The notes under the pieces were generated by a model. It was given only the letters and a program-made list of their open reading frames with translations, was not told the origin of the DNA and searched no databases. From the NCBI RefSeq assembly GCF_045037415.1, contig NZ_CP173438.1: a DNA stretch of 64,000 nucleotides; one strand, given 5' to 3'. Each line of letters starts with the position of its first letter. The first letter of the stretch is position 1. A program made the position numbers and the translations under genes. Source of the DNA: Escherichia coli (GTDB taxonomy: Bacteria; Pseudomonadota; Gammaproteobacteria; Enterobacterales; Enterobacteriaceae). This document shows positions 37,058-47,586 of this stretch, one piece after another.

Positions 37058-37635
37058 GCGCAGAACTCATGCGACTGCTGAGCAACATCATCCGCACCGG
37101 GATCATCTCTGAAGTTGATGAGAAGTCCTGGCGCGTGCGCGTTCGCAGCGGCGAACTGGAAACAGGCTGGTTGCGCTGGAACACCACGCGCGCGGGAGCC
37201 TTCAATGTGTGGCTGCCGCCATCACCAGGCGAACAGGTGGTAATTGCCTGCATTGGCGGCAACCCGGAAACCGCCATGATAATTGGCAGCCTGTGGAGTG
37301 ATGCCAGTCCGGCCCCCGGCAAAAGCCTGAAAGAAATCGTGGTCAGCGCGCCGGATGGCGCGGTGTTCCGCTACGACGCAGACGCTGGCGCACTGAGCGC
37401 CAGCGGCATGAAAACAGCCACCCTGCAGGCATCCGTCAGCGTGACACTGGATACGCCCGTCGTGGAATGCACAAACCTTCTGAGAACGGCGACGCTTGAC
37501 GTCACAAAAGAGGGAAAGATGAGCGGCAATATCACGCACAGCGGCGGCAATTTCACCTCAAACGGCATTACCGTGCATACGCATAAGCACGGTGGCGTTA
37601 AAGGTGGCAGCGATTCGACAGGAGGCCCGCAGTGA
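37054..37635 (+). CDS. Baseplate assembly protein V (spike, P2 gpV-like)
   Basis: 193 aa; GTG start after RBS ggagg; synteny. Confidence 0.8.
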   Translation: MSAELMRLLSNIIRTGIISEVDEKSWRVRVRSGELETGWLRWNTTRAGAFNVWLPPSPGEQVVIACIGGNPETAMIIGSLWSDASPAPGKSLKEIVVSAPDGAVFRYDADAGALSASGMKTATLQASVSVTLDTPVVECTNLLRTATLDVTKEGKMSGNITHSGGNFTSNGITVHTHKHGGVKGGSDSTGGPQ

Positions 37636-37982
37636 CAACCCGCTACACAGGAATGAACCCGGACGGGACGGGAAACCTGAACGATATGGAGCACCTGAAA
37701 CAGTCAGTCAGGGACATCCTGATCACCCCGCTGGCAAGCCGGGTTATGCGACGGGAATATGGCAGCCTTGTGCCTGATTTGATTGACGAACCCATGAATA
37801 ACACCACGCGTCTGCAATGCATGAGTGCTGCCGTGATTGCGCTGACACGATGGGAACCCCGCATTGCCCTGGACGCCATCGACGTTGTCTGGAAGGCAGG
37901 AGGCCGCGCCGGGGTGACGCTGTCGGGCACTGTCATGCAGACCATGCAGAATGTTGAATTAACCATCACGCTGAGAGAGTAA
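37632..37982 (+). CDS. Baseplate protein W (gp25-like)
   Basis: 116 aa (P2 W is 115); synteny. Confidence 0.8.
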   Translation: MTTRYTGMNPDGTGNLNDMEHLKQSVRDILITPLASRVMRREYGSLVPDLIDEPMNNTTRLQCMSAAVIALTRWEPRIALDAIDVVWKAGGRAGVTLSGTVMQTMQNVELTITLRE

Positions 37983-37985
37983 ATC

Positions 37986-38882
37986 ATGCCTGCTGTTGAT
38001 CTTTCCCAGTTACCGGAACCCGCCATCATCGCGGAGCCTGATTTTGAGGCAATTCTGGCTGACACAAAGGCCATGATGATTGCGTCCTATCCTGCCGAAC
38101 AGCGTGAAGCCGTCTCCGCCGCGCTGGAGCTGGAATCAGAACCCCTGAACGTTATCGCTCAAACCATGTCGTTTCGTGAAATGCTGTTACGCCAGCGGGT
38201 TAACGAGGGCGCACGCGCCTGCATGTTAAGCCACGGTTCAGGGACAAACCTGGACAACCTCGCGGGCAATATGAACACAAAGCGCCTGGTTATCACTCCG
38301 GCAACGGATACCACCGACGCGGTGATGGAGAGCGACACCTCGCTGAGACTGCGGGCGCAGCGGGCGTATGACGGCCTGAGTGTTGCTGGCCCGTCAGGTG
38401 CATACGAGTATTTTGCACGCAGCGCCAGCGGTCTGGTGCGTGATGCGCGGGCCATCAGCCCGTCTCCGGCCTGTGTGACGGTTTCCATTCTGTCCACTGA
38501 AGGCGACGGCACAGCAACGGAGGCGTTGCTTAATACCGTTCGCGCCGTTCTGAATGCAGAGGATACCCGCCCGGTGGCCGACCGACTGACCGTACAGAGC
38601 GCCAGCATCGTGACATGGCGGCTGAATGCAAAACTGTACTTTTACCCCGGCCCGGAATCCGAACCTATTCTGGCTGCGGCTGAATCGTCGTTCAGGAAGT
38701 GGCTGGCTGAGCAGGGGCTTATTGGTCAGGACGTGGCGTTGTCAGCCATTGCTGCCGCACTTCATGTGCACGGCGTGCAACGCGTGGAGATAATCGAACC
38801 CACACAGAATATGGCCATCAGCGACATACAGGCGGCGCGCTGTGAGTCATTCACCATCAGCGAAGGTGGGCGTAATGAGTAA
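37986..38882 (+). CDS. Baseplate protein J
   Basis: 298 aa (P2 J is about 302); synteny. Confidence 0.8.
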   Translation: MPAVDLSQLPEPAIIAEPDFEAILADTKAMMIASYPAEQREAVSAALELESEPLNVIAQTMSFREMLLRQRVNEGARACMLSHGSGTNLDNLAGNMNTKRLVITPATDTTDAVMESDTSLRLRAQRAYDGLSVAGPSGAYEYFARSASGLVRDARAISPSPACVTVSILSTEGDGTATEALLNTVRAVLNAEDTRPVADRLTVQSASIVTWRLNAKLYFYPGPESEPILAAAESSFRKWLAEQGLIGQDVALSAIAAALHVHGVQRVEIIEPTQNMAISDIQAARCESFTISEGGRNE

Positions 38883-39405
38883 TTCACTGTTACCGCCATC
38901 AGCCAGCAATTTCATGCGTTGCGCCGAAGCTGTCGGAGCGCGCATTACAGACATCCCGGTAGACCTCAACACGCTGTGGTCACCGGACACCTGCCCGGTG
39001 CATCTGCTGCCTTATCTCGCCTGGGCATTTTCCGTTGACCGCTGGGATCGCAACTGGCCGGAAGAGACAAAGCGACAGGTGATTCGTGATGCATGGCTGA
39101 TACACCGACACAAAGGGACCATCAGCGCACTGCGCCGGGCCATTGAGCCGCTGGGATACCTCATTCGCGTGTCTGAGTGGTGGGAGTTCGGCGGAGAACC
39201 GGGAACATTTACCGTTGAAGTCGGCACGCTGGACAGTGGCGTGACGGAGGAAATGTATCTGGAAATGGAGCGGTTGATTGCTGATGCCCGCCCGGTCAGC
39301 CGCCACATGACAGGGCTGAATATCATTCAGGAGATTCAGGGAGATATTTTCGCGGCGGCAGCAACTTACGACGGCGAAGTCATTACCATTTATCCGGACG
39401 ATTAA
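38875..39405 (+). CDS. Baseplate / tail protein I
   Basis: ATG 38875 overlapping the J stop; 176 aa as for P2 I. Confidence 0.8.
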   Translation: MSNSLLPPSASNFMRCAEAVGARITDIPVDLNTLWSPDTCPVHLLPYLAWAFSVDRWDRNWPEETKRQVIRDAWLIHRHKGTISALRRAIEPLGYLIRVSEWWEFGGEPGTFTVEVGTLDSGVTEEMYLEMERLIADARPVSRHMTGLNIIQEIQGDIFAAAATYDGEVITIYPDD

Positions 39406-39407
39406 GC

Positions 39408-41393
39408 ATGAGTACCACAACACGTAAATTTAAAACCGTTATCACCGATACGGGTGCCAAAAAATTAGCTCAGGCAGCCGCGCCAGATGGTAAGCCTGTC
39501 CGCCTGACTCATATGGCCGTGGGCGACGGTGGCGGCACGTTGCCCACACCAGACAGTAAGCAGACCCGTCTGGTGCATGAGGTGTGGCGACATACTGTTA
39601 ATCGCGTCATCCTGGACGCAACACATCAGAACCGCATTATTGCGGAGCTGGTTATTCCTCCTGAAACGGGCGGATTCTGGATCCGGGAAATTGGTGTATT
39701 TGATGAGCACGGCGATTTAATCGCGGTGGGCAATACTGCCGAAAGTTACAAGCCAGCCGTTGCCGAAGGGTCCGGTCGTGCACAAACATTTCGCACCATT
39801 CTGACCGTATCCAGCACTGCCACCGTGGTGCTTACCGTGGATAACACCATGGTGATGGCCACAGTGGATTACGTGGATGACAAACTGAAAGAGCATGAAC
39901 AGTCACGACGTCACCCGGACGCCTCGCTGACCGCAAAAGGCTTTGTTCAACTCAGTAGCGCCACTAACAGCGTGTCTGAAACGCAGGCTGCAACGCCGAA
40001 AGCAGTAAAGGCCGCGTATGACCTTGCTAACGGTAAATATACTGCGCAGGATGCCAGCACGACGCGAAAAGGCCTTGTCCAGCTCAGTAGCGCCACCAAC
40101 AGCACGTCTGAAACGCAGGCTGCAACGCCGAAAGCAGTAAAGGCCGCGTATGACCTTGCTAACGCAAAATATACCGCTCAGGACGCCACGACGGCACAAA
40201 AAGGGATAGTCCAGCTCAGTAGTGCCACCAACAGCACGTCTGAAACACTGGCCGCGACATCGAAAGCTGTTAAGGCGGTAATGGATGAAACGAACAAGAA
40301 AGCGCCCTTAAATAGTCCTGCACTGACCGGAACGCCAACAACACCAACTGCGCGACAGGGAACGAATAATACCCAAATCGCAAGCACGGCTTTCGTTATG
40401 GCTGCGATTGCCGCCCTTGTAGATTCGTCACCTGATGCACTGAACACGCTGAACGAGCTGGCTGCGGCGCTGGGCAACGACCCGAATTTTGCGACCACCA
40501 TGACTAACGCGCTTGCGGGTAAGCAACCGAAAGATGCCACCCTGACGGCGCTGGCCGGACTTACTACTGCGGCAGGCAAGTTTCCGTATTTTACGGGGAA
40601 TGATGTCGCCAGCCTGGCAACCCTGACAAAAGTCGGGCGGGATATTCTTGCGAAATCGACCGTTGCTGCCGTTATCGAATACCTCGGTTTACGAGAACTC
40701 GGCACAAGCGGGGAGAAAATACCGTTACTCAGTACAGCGAATACCTGGACCAATCGACAAACATTCAGCGGTGGCCTTTCTGGGGAACTGTCCGGCAATG
40801 CCGCTACTGCAACAAAGCTGAAAACAGCACGAAAAATTGCTGGAGTTGGTTTTGATGGTTCTAGCGATATTTCAATTAGTGCCAAAAATGTCAATGCATT
40901 TGCACTCCGACAAACAGGTAATACTGTTAATGGTGATACATCCGTTGGATGGAATTGGGATAGTGGTGCATATAACGCCATGATTGGTGGTGCATCTGCA
41001 TTAATTCTTCACTTTAATATAAATGCTGGTAGCTGTCCTGCCGTACAATTCCGTGTGAATTATAAAAATGGTGGCATTTCCTACAGGTCGGCTCGTGATG
41101 GTTATGGGTTTGAATTAGGTTGGTCAGATTTCTATACCACGACACGAAAACCTTCAGCGGGAGATGTTGGTGCATATACGCGGACAGAATGTAACTCAAG
41201 GTTTATTACAGGTATTCGCCTTGGCGGTCTGTCATCTGTTCAGACATGGAATGGTCCCGGCTGGTCTGACAGGTCAGGTTATGTCGTTACGGGTTCAGTT
41301 AACGGAAACCGTGATGAATTAATTGATACAACACAGGCAAGGCCAATTCAGTATTGCATTAATGGGACGTGGTATAACGCGGGGAGTATTTAA
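39408..41393 (+). CDS. Tail fibre protein (P2 gpH-like); C-terminal third lies inside the invertible segment
   Basis: 661 aa; internal 44-aa tandem repeats; the gix-like crossover site at 40672..40697 lies inside the gene. Confidence 0.85.
   Translation: MSTTTRKFKTVITDTGAKKLAQAAAPDGKPVRLTHMAVGDGGGTLPTPDSKQTRLVHEVWRHTVNRVILDATHQNRIIAELVIPPETGGFWIREIGVFDEHGDLIAVGNTAESYKPAVAEGSGRAQTFRTILTVSSTATVVLTVDNTMVMATVDYVDDKLKEHEQSRRHPDASLTAKGFVQLSSATNSVSETQAATPKAVKAAYDLANGKYTAQDASTTRKGLVQLSSATNSTSETQAATPKAVKAAYDLANAKYTAQDATTAQKGIVQLSSATNSTSETLAATSKAVKAVMDETNKKAPLNSPALTGTPTTPTARQGTNNTQIASTAFVMAAIAALVDSSPDALNTLNELAAALGNDPNFATTMTNALAGKQPKDATLTALAGLTTAAGKFPYFTGNDVASLATLTKVGRDILAKSTVAAVIEYLGLRELGTSGEKIPLLSTANTWTNRQTFSGGLSGELSGNAATATKLKTARKIAGVGFDGSSDISISAKNVNAFALRQTGNTVNGDTSVGWNWDSGAYNAMIGGASALILHFNINAGSCPAVQFRVNYKNGGISYRSARDGYGFELGWSDFYTTTRKPSAGDVGAYTRTECNSRFITGIRLGGLSSVQTWNGPGWSDRSGYVVTGSVNGNRDELIDTTQARPIQYCINGTWYNAGSI
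39937..40290 (+). repeat. Three tandem 132-bp (44-codon) repeats within the tail-fibre gene
   Basis: Units begin at about 39937, 40069 and 40201, each encoding KG-VQLSSATNS-SETQAATPKAVKAAYDLAN-KYTAQDA; the third is diverged. Confidence 0.75.
40672..40697. promoter_or_regulatory. gix/cix-like invertase crossover site (left)
   Basis: ttatcgaatacctcggtttacgagaa, compared with recalled Mu gixL TTATCCAAAACCTCGGTTTACAGGAA; in inverted orientation to the site at 43420..43445. Confidence 0.7.
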
Positions 41394-41395
41394 CG

Positions 41396-41929
41396 ATGAT
41401 GCACTTAAAAAACATTACTGCTGGCAACCCTAAAACAAAAGAGCAATACCAGCTAACAAAGCAATTTAACATCAAATGGCTTTATTCAGCTGATGGAAAA
41501 AACTGGTATGAGGAACAAAAGAATTTCCAGCCAGACACTTTGAAAATGGTCTATGACCATAACGGCGTTATTATTTGTATTGAAAAGGATGTTTCAGCAA
41601 TTAATCCGGAAGGCGCAAGCGTCGTTGAATTACCTGATATTACAGCAAATCGCCGGGCTGATATTTCGGGGAAATGGATGTTCAAAGATGGCGTAGTGGT
41701 AAAGCGAACTTATACCGAGGAAGAGCAGAGGCAACAAGCGGAAAATGAAAAGCAGAGCCTGTTGCAACTTGTCAGGGATAAAACTCAGCTATGGGACTCA
41801 CAGCTACGGCTGGGCATCATTTCCGACGAGAATAAACAAAAATTAACCGAGTGGATGCTCTATGCGCAGAAAGTCGAATCCACAGACACCTCCAGCCTGC
41901 CAGTAACATTTCCCGAACAACCTGAATGA
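41396..41929 (+). CDS. Tail fibre assembly chaperone (P2 gpG-like), variant 1
   Basis: 177 aa, [40 protein letters not shown]... Confidence 0.8.
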   Translation: MMHLKNITAGNPKTKEQYQLTKQFNIKWLYSADGKNWYEEQKNFQPDTLKMVYDHNGVIICIEKDVSAINPEGASVVELPDITANRRADISGKWMFKDGVVVKRTYTEEEQRQQAENEKQSLLQLVRDKTQLWDSQLRLGIISDENKQKLTEWMLYAQKVESTDTSSLPVTFPEQPE

Positions 41930-41957
41930 GACAAGGCCCGATAACGGGCCTTAATTT

Positions 41958-42485
41958 TTATTCAGGCTTTTGTGGCCATTCAGGATTTGCCGTATCCACA
42001 CGGTTGACCAGAACACTGTAGCGTTCCCATGCTTCCAGTCGTGTGCGTTCCTCGTCTGTTGCCATATTCAGCCTGACAGCGCGTTCCAGCGGCTGGATGA
42101 CTGATTCAGCTTCGGAAAGCAATGCGGCCTTTTGTGATTCGGCCTGTTGTTGCTGTTCGTCAGCCGTATAAATCCGTTTAACCACAGCTCCGTCCTTAAA
42201 CATCCACTTACCGGAATCATCGGTCCGACGATTGGCCGTTATATCGGGAACCTCGACGACGCTAAAACCTTCGGGATTAAGCGTGGAGGCATCTCTGGTG
42301 ATGGCGACAATAATATTATTTTCATCGTAAACAATCTTTATGGTGTCTGGCTGAAAGTTTTTCACTTCCTCATACCAGTTTTTTCCGTCCTCAGAGTAAA
42401 GCCAGATAACTCCGTGTTTCTTTGTTAACTCATACTGTTCCAGTGTTTTAGCATTACCCGCTTTTATGTTCTTTAAGTGCATCAT
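41958..42485 (-). CDS. Tail fibre assembly chaperone, variant 2 (alternative cassette)
   Basis: 175 aa, [40 protein letters not shown]...; a paralogue of the + strand G gene inside the invertible segment. Confidence 0.8.
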   Translation of the reverse strand: MMHLKNIKAGNAKTLEQYELTKKHGVIWLYSEDGKNWYEEVKNFQPDTIKIVYDENNIIVAITRDASTLNPEGFSVVEVPDITANRRTDDSGKWMFKDGAVVKRIYTADEQQQQAESQKAALLSEAESVIQPLERAVRLNMATDEERTRLEAWERYSVLVNRVDTANPEWPQKPE

Positions 42486-42486
42486 A

Positions 42487-43419
42487 TTAAACGCTCGCTA
42501 CATTATACCAGGTGCCATTTATATACTTTTGAACGGGTCTGTAATAAACACCCGCTATATTATCGGCAGAGTTAGACCCTGTATCCTGAACATTAATACC
42601 AGACAATACATGACCTGAAGGGCACTGGAAATTCCATGTTCGCCAGTTGTTCACTCCATAATATTGCTGTGAACCAAGTCGAACATCTTTCACATAACGG
42701 GAATCAAAGTTACCGTAATCCGAGGGATTAACACGCCCCGTAATATTTATGGTCTTATTACTTTGAATGCTTCCGGGAACAAAGCGCATAACATGGACGT
42801 AATTAGCATAAACATCCAGATTACCATCGCCATTTTGTTTAAAGCCCGTGTCATTATCACCCAATACAATCGAATTACCGCCAAGAGCACTGGATGTTCC
42901 GATACCCAGTGCACCATTCAGTTGACCACCAGATAACGGCAGTGCACCAACATCTCCTGCTGAAGGTTTTCTGGTGGTGGTGTAAAATTCGGACCAGTCG
43001 GCTTCAAAACCATAACCATCACGGGCTGAACGATAAAAAATACCGCCATTTTTATAATTAATCCGAAACTGAGCTGCAGGACAACTTCCGTCTCCCATAT
43101 AAAAATGAATAATTAACGTTGATGCACCACCAATATTTGCGTTATAGGCTCCGCTACTCCAGTTCCATCCAACTGCTTTATCATTCGCAACGGTGCTTCC
43201 TGTTTTCCCTAAGGCAAACGCACCAACATGACTTGCTTTTAATGTGATATCGGAGGAACCATCAAAAGCCACATTGCTTATTTTCCTGGCAGTTTTTAAT
43301 TTTGCAGCTGTAGAAGCATTGCCGGATAGTTCACCAGAAAGGCCACCGCTGAATGTTTGTCGATTAGTCCAGGTATTCGCTGTACTGAGTAACGGTATTT
43401 TCTCCCCGCTTGTGCCGAG
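42487..43419 (-). other. Promoterless alternative tail-fibre C-terminal cassette
   Basis: ORF 42487..43272 is the in-frame part; the reverse complement of 43300..43420 nearly repeats H codons at about 40700..40800; expressed only after inversion. Confidence 0.65.
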
Positions 43420-43445
43420 TTCTCGTAAACCGAGGTTTTAAATAA
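43420..43445. promoter_or_regulatory. gix/cix-like invertase crossover site (right)
   Basis: ttctcgtaaaccgaggttttaaataa, compared with recalled Mu gixR TTCCTGTAAACCGAGGTTTTGGATAA. Confidence 0.7.
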
Positions 43446-43499
43446 TGGCCGTTTCTGGCCTGCATGGCATGATTTGCGCTTTTGGACGGGAGATTCAGT

Positions 43500-44099
43500 G
43501 TGCTGATTGGCTATGTAAGGGTATCAACAAATGACCAGAATACAGACCTGCAACGAAACGCTCTTGTTTGTGCAGGATGTGAACAAATATTTGAAGATAA
43601 ATTAAGCGGGACAAAGACAGACCGACCGGGATTAAAACGCGCTTTAAAGCGCCTTCAAAAAGGTGACACGCTGGTTGTCTGGAAACTGGATCGCCTCGGG
43701 CGAAGCATGAAACATCTGATTTCTCTCGTCGGGGAACTACGGGAGCGAGGGATTAATTTTCGCAGTCTGACCGACAGCATAGACACATCTTCTCCAATGG
43801 GGCGTTTTTTCTTCCACGTGATGGGTGCCCTGGCTGAAATGGAACGTGAATTAATTGTTGAACGTACACTGGCCGGGCTGGCGGCAGCGCGCGCAAGGGG
43901 GCGCACAGGCGGACGTCGACCGAAGCTGACAAAAGAACAGCATGAGCAAATAGCAAGGCTAATCAAAAACGGGCACGACAGAAAACAACTGGCAATAATT
44001 TACGGCATTGGCACATCGACGATTTATCGTTATCACCCTGTAGGCGATATACAGACTGAAGAAACAACCGGGCAGACTCAGGAAAATGAAAACCGCTAA
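43500..44099 (+). CDS. Serine DNA invertase (Gin/Pin/Cin/Hin family)
   Basis: GTG start gives MLIGYVRVSTNDQNTDLQRNALVCAGCEQIFEDKLSG..., close to recalled Gin/Pin; catalytic Ser in VRVSTNDQ. Confidence 0.85.
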   Translation: MLIGYVRVSTNDQNTDLQRNALVCAGCEQIFEDKLSGTKTDRPGLKRALKRLQKGDTLVVWKLDRLGRSMKHLISLVGELRERGINFRSLTDSIDTSSPMGRFFFHVMGALAEMERELIVERTLAGLAAARARGRTGGRRPKLTKEQHEQIARLIKNGHDRKQLAIIYGIGTSTIYRYHPVGDIQTEETTGQTQENENR

Positions 44100-44120
44100 T
44101 CTGACCATTAGCGGTTTTTG
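44090..44120. terminator. Bidirectional terminator between the invertase and gpU
   Basis: ccgctaat-ctgacc-attagcgg hairpin with an A run on one side and a T run on the other. Confidence 0.5.
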
Positions 44121-44127
44121 TGTTAAA

Positions 44128-44622
44128 TCAGAACAGCCCTTTAACTGAACTGGCCGCGCTGTTAAGAGATGATGTCACCTTATCTTTGAAGCCGGACAGC
44201 ATATCACTGAACGATGAGGATTGCAGGCGCTCCCGCAAATCCTCATCACAGCGTTCAAGAGTCAGTGAAAATTCTATCTTTTTCGCCTTACCGTAGCGAT
44301 CAAACTCGGAGCGGGTCGTATTCGTTTCAGTCAGGACATACATGCCGTAAATCTGCCCGACGCCATCAATCAAAGGCCAGGGTCGTCCTGTATACGCCTG
44401 CGTGGTCAGCAGCGACAGCGACACTTCGCCACCTGTAATTTCAGGATAAAGCACACCAGAAAGAACGATGCGATCATCACCTGCACCGATATACTGCCAG
44501 CTTGCTGAACGGTTAACGCGTTCATTTTTCACATGCCGCCAGCTTTTGTTTTGCTGTAACTGCTGATGCGGCAGCGTGCGCAGCTCAAAAACAAACATGC
44601 CGTAGATCATCATCATGGCCAT
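44128..44622 (-). CDS. Tail protein U (P2 gpU-like)
   Basis: 164 aa; ...QQLQQNKSWRHVKNERVNRSASWQYIGAGDD... parallels recalled P2 gpU. Confidence 0.8.
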   Translation of the reverse strand: MAMMMIYGMFVFELRTLPHQQLQQNKSWRHVKNERVNRSASWQYIGAGDDRIVLSGVLYPEITGGEVSLSLLTTQAYTGRPWPLIDGVGQIYGMYVLTETNTTRSEFDRYGKAKKIEFSLTLERCDEDLRERLQSSSFSDMLSGFKDKVTSSLNSAASSVKGLF

Positions 44623-44628
44623 GACTCC

Positions 44629-47472
44629 TCAATCTTTATCGTAAAAACTGCCACGCCCGGCACGGGCGCGCCGTTCCATTTCTGCCCTGACCATTTCACC
44701 GACCAGTTTCGCCAGTTCGCGGGGATTCTGCGTAACAACGTTATGCAGATGAACATGAATTTCACCACCAAATCCGGAGGCAACAGGCTCCCGGTTACGG
44801 GAAGTTACAGGAACTGATGCCACTGGAGATCGTATAGCCTCCGCCACCGGGCGGGAGCTGGCCGCAACAACAGGGACCAGCGCCGGAGGCAGCGGAGCCG
44901 GGACCACGGGTGTGATATTAATTGCGGGGGCAGGCTTACTGACCTGCGCAATCTTCCGCTCCTGCCACTCCCCACGAACAGCAAGTGCTCGGGGCAGGTT
45001 TTTAAAGACAATATCGCCGGGGCCAATGCGTTTTTTCGTCTCCTCAACCAGCTTACCTGTGTTATCAGCAATTTTGCTGAGTCTGCGCAGCGTACCGGTA
45101 TTGCTGTCTGTGAGCGGTTTATTGTCTTTGGGGTTATCACCTCCGGTGCCATTGCCATTTTCCACAGGCTTCGGCGGATTGATTTTCGCCAGGTCCCCCT
45201 GAAGCAAGGCAACCTTGTCCTGAAGAATGGCCGCACGCTGTGCGTCTTCGATTTTCTTGCGCGCCCTTTCCGCTTCATCCGGAAGCACACCAAGCTTTTC
45301 AAGTATCCACGCCAGCGTATCCAGCAACATTTTTGCAGGTGTCAGAACAAGTTGTAACGCACCGCCAAGAACGTTACCGAATATCTCGCCAGCACTGGTA
45401 CATTTATCCAGAGTTTCCTTGCTGGACTCCATCGGAGACAGCAGCGATTTAAACCAGTTAAACACCTGGCTGATCCCACTCCCGATTGCGTCAAAAACAG
45501 GACCAAACCGTTCAAAGGTTTCGCGCAACGGGGTCAGCCTTTCCATAATCCCGCTGAACACCCCGGCAAAAAATGCCCTGATGGGATCCCAGTATTTCCA
45601 GATGAGAACGGCAGCTCCGGCAAGCGCAGCCACGATAAGGCCGACCGGACTGAACAACGCCCCGATAGCGCCCCCCAGTAACGAAACGGAACCCGTCACC
45701 ATTCCCCATAGTGCTGGCAGGAGTCTGACAGCATTCATTGAACCGGTCAGGAGGGAAAAGCCAAGACGCAGTTTTGCCAGCGGGCCAGCAAGCACACCAA
45801 TAGCCAGCGACAACGAGCCAACCGTTGCAGTCATTGCCAGCAACGCACCGCCTGCTATCAGTAGCTGGCGCGTCAGTACCGGATGGGCCTGCGCCAGCGA
45901 GGTGATTTTTTCAAGCACCCGCGTGAGCCACTGCGTGACAGAACGCAGCGGACCGTCAACCAGATCACTGATGCGAATACGAAGACCTTCCCATGCGCTG
46001 TCGAGATTTTTCAGGTCCCCATCAAGATTATCGGCCATTACTTTTGCAACGCGATCGGCCTCTCCCCTTGCCCCCTGCAATTCTCTGGTCAGTTTTTGCA
46101 GCTCTCCTGAACCAGCCGCCGCAACAAGCGTCTGCAAACCAACGAACGCCTCTTCTCCGGCGATGTCCTTGAAGAAGGAAACCTGGTCCACCTGTCCGTA
46201 TTTTTGTGTCGCCTTATAGAGATCAAGCAGCACATCCTCCATCGGGCGCATTTTGCCTCTGGCGTCAGCAACTGACACCCCCAGCTCTTTCAGCGCATCA
46301 GCCGCAGCTTTTGGCGGTGATGCAAGGCGGGACAGACTTGCGCGCATGGCCGTACCAGCATCGCTTCCACGAAGACCATTATTGGCAAGCATCCCGGCCA
46401 TGGCTGCCGCTTCTTCAAGACTGATACCAAGTTTTGCGGCAACCGGACCGGTATACTTCATGGTTTCGCCCAGCGCGCGTAAATCAGTATTGGTCCGGGT
46501 GAATGCCGCTGTCAGCGTATCGCCAACCCGGTCCATTTGATCGGCTGTCAGGTTGAACTGTGTGAGGATATTGGAGCCTATATCAGCCGTCTCGCCGAGT
46601 TCGACGCCACCTGCCAGCGCCATATTAAGAACACCGGGCAATGCGGCCTGAATGGCCTGCGGAGTAAAACCAGCCATTGCCAGAAAGCTCTGCCCACTGG
46701 CGGCATCACTCGCAGTAAACTGTGTTTCAGAGCCAAGTTTTAACGCCTGCTCACGCAGCGCCTTAAACTGCGGGCTGTTTTTGTCGATTCGCGTCAGCGC
46801 CTGAACGCGGGACATCTCTTTGCCGAACCCGATCGCGGGCTGCAAAAAACGCCCGGCAGCATAGCCGCCCGCCGCTGCCGCACCAATTGCCAGCGCACCA
46901 CCTGTTTTCAGTTTTCCCGCGGTTTCCTGCGCGCGCGAATACCGCTCACGAGCCTGCGTTACACGCGCAAGCGCCTGCCGTTCGCGTTCAAGCTGGTTGT
47001 TGTATTGTTCGGTGCGTCTGATGGCCTGCTGGATGGTGTTATCGCTGCCTGTCAGGGAAATGCCGTGGCGTTTCAGTTCTCCGCCAAGCTCCCGCATTTT
47101 CTGAATTTCCCGTGTGCGCGATTCATTCAGGCGTTCAAGCCGGGTGCTTAACTGCTGCATCAGCTTTTGTTGTTTTTCGCTGAGCACTGTACCCGTGCGT
47201 TGTAACTGATTAAGGGCGTTAAGCTGGCGTCGTGCTTTCACGATACCCGCATCCGCTTTACTGACAGCGTCGCGGGCGCGCTCAAATGAACGCGCCTGAC
47301 GCTCGAGATTTTTGATCGCCCCCTGCGTTCGCTGAATGGAGTCACCAAACTGCCCCATCAGGCGGCGGGCGTTTTCGGCAGGCCGGGTCAGCCTGTCAAC
47401 GGCGCTGAAAGCGACCCGGATGTCAAGAGTCTTCATTATCTGCATTCCCGCTGCGAAGTGCCGCCCGCTCAC
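44629..47472 (-). CDS. Tail tape measure protein (P2 gpT-like)
   Basis: 947 aa, Ala/Gly-rich with coiled-coil N-terminal region and hydrophobic centre; downstream of E/E'. Confidence 0.85.
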   Translation of the reverse strand: MSGRHFAAGMQIMKTLDIRVAFSAVDRLTRPAENARRLMGQFGDSIQRTQGAIKNLERQARSFERARDAVSKADAGIVKARRQLNALNQLQRTGTVLSEKQQKLMQQLSTRLERLNESRTREIQKMRELGGELKRHGISLTGSDNTIQQAIRRTEQYNNQLERERQALARVTQARERYSRAQETAGKLKTGGALAIGAAAAGGYAAGRFLQPAIGFGKEMSRVQALTRIDKNSPQFKALREQALKLGSETQFTASDAASGQSFLAMAGFTPQAIQAALPGVLNMALAGGVELGETADIGSNILTQFNLTADQMDRVGDTLTAAFTRTNTDLRALGETMKYTGPVAAKLGISLEEAAAMAGMLANNGLRGSDAGTAMRASLSRLASPPKAAADALKELGVSVADARGKMRPMEDVLLDLYKATQKYGQVDQVSFFKDIAGEEAFVGLQTLVAAAGSGELQKLTRELQGARGEADRVAKVMADNLDGDLKNLDSAWEGLRIRISDLVDGPLRSVTQWLTRVLEKITSLAQAHPVLTRQLLIAGGALLAMTATVGSLSLAIGVLAGPLAKLRLGFSLLTGSMNAVRLLPALWGMVTGSVSLLGGAIGALFSPVGLIVAALAGAAVLIWKYWDPIRAFFAGVFSGIMERLTPLRETFERFGPVFDAIGSGISQVFNWFKSLLSPMESSKETLDKCTSAGEIFGNVLGGALQLVLTPAKMLLDTLAWILEKLGVLPDEAERARKKIEDAQRAAILQDKVALLQGDLAKINPPKPVENGNGTGGDNPKDNKPLTDSNTGTLRRLSKIADNTGKLVEETKKRIGPGDIVFKNLPRALAVRGEWQERKIAQVSKPAPAINITPVVPAPLPPALVPVVAASSRPVAEAIRSPVASVPVTSRNREPVASGFGGEIHVHLHNVVTQNPRELAKLVGEMVRAEMERRARAGRGSFYDKD

Positions 47473-47586
47473 GCCAGCTAACCACTTCGCCGGGCGTCAT
47501 CATGAAGATTTCGGCGGGCGACCAGTTGAAAATGGCGGCAATATCCGCCACCAGATCTTCGATGTGCTCAAAGCACACCAGGGTGA

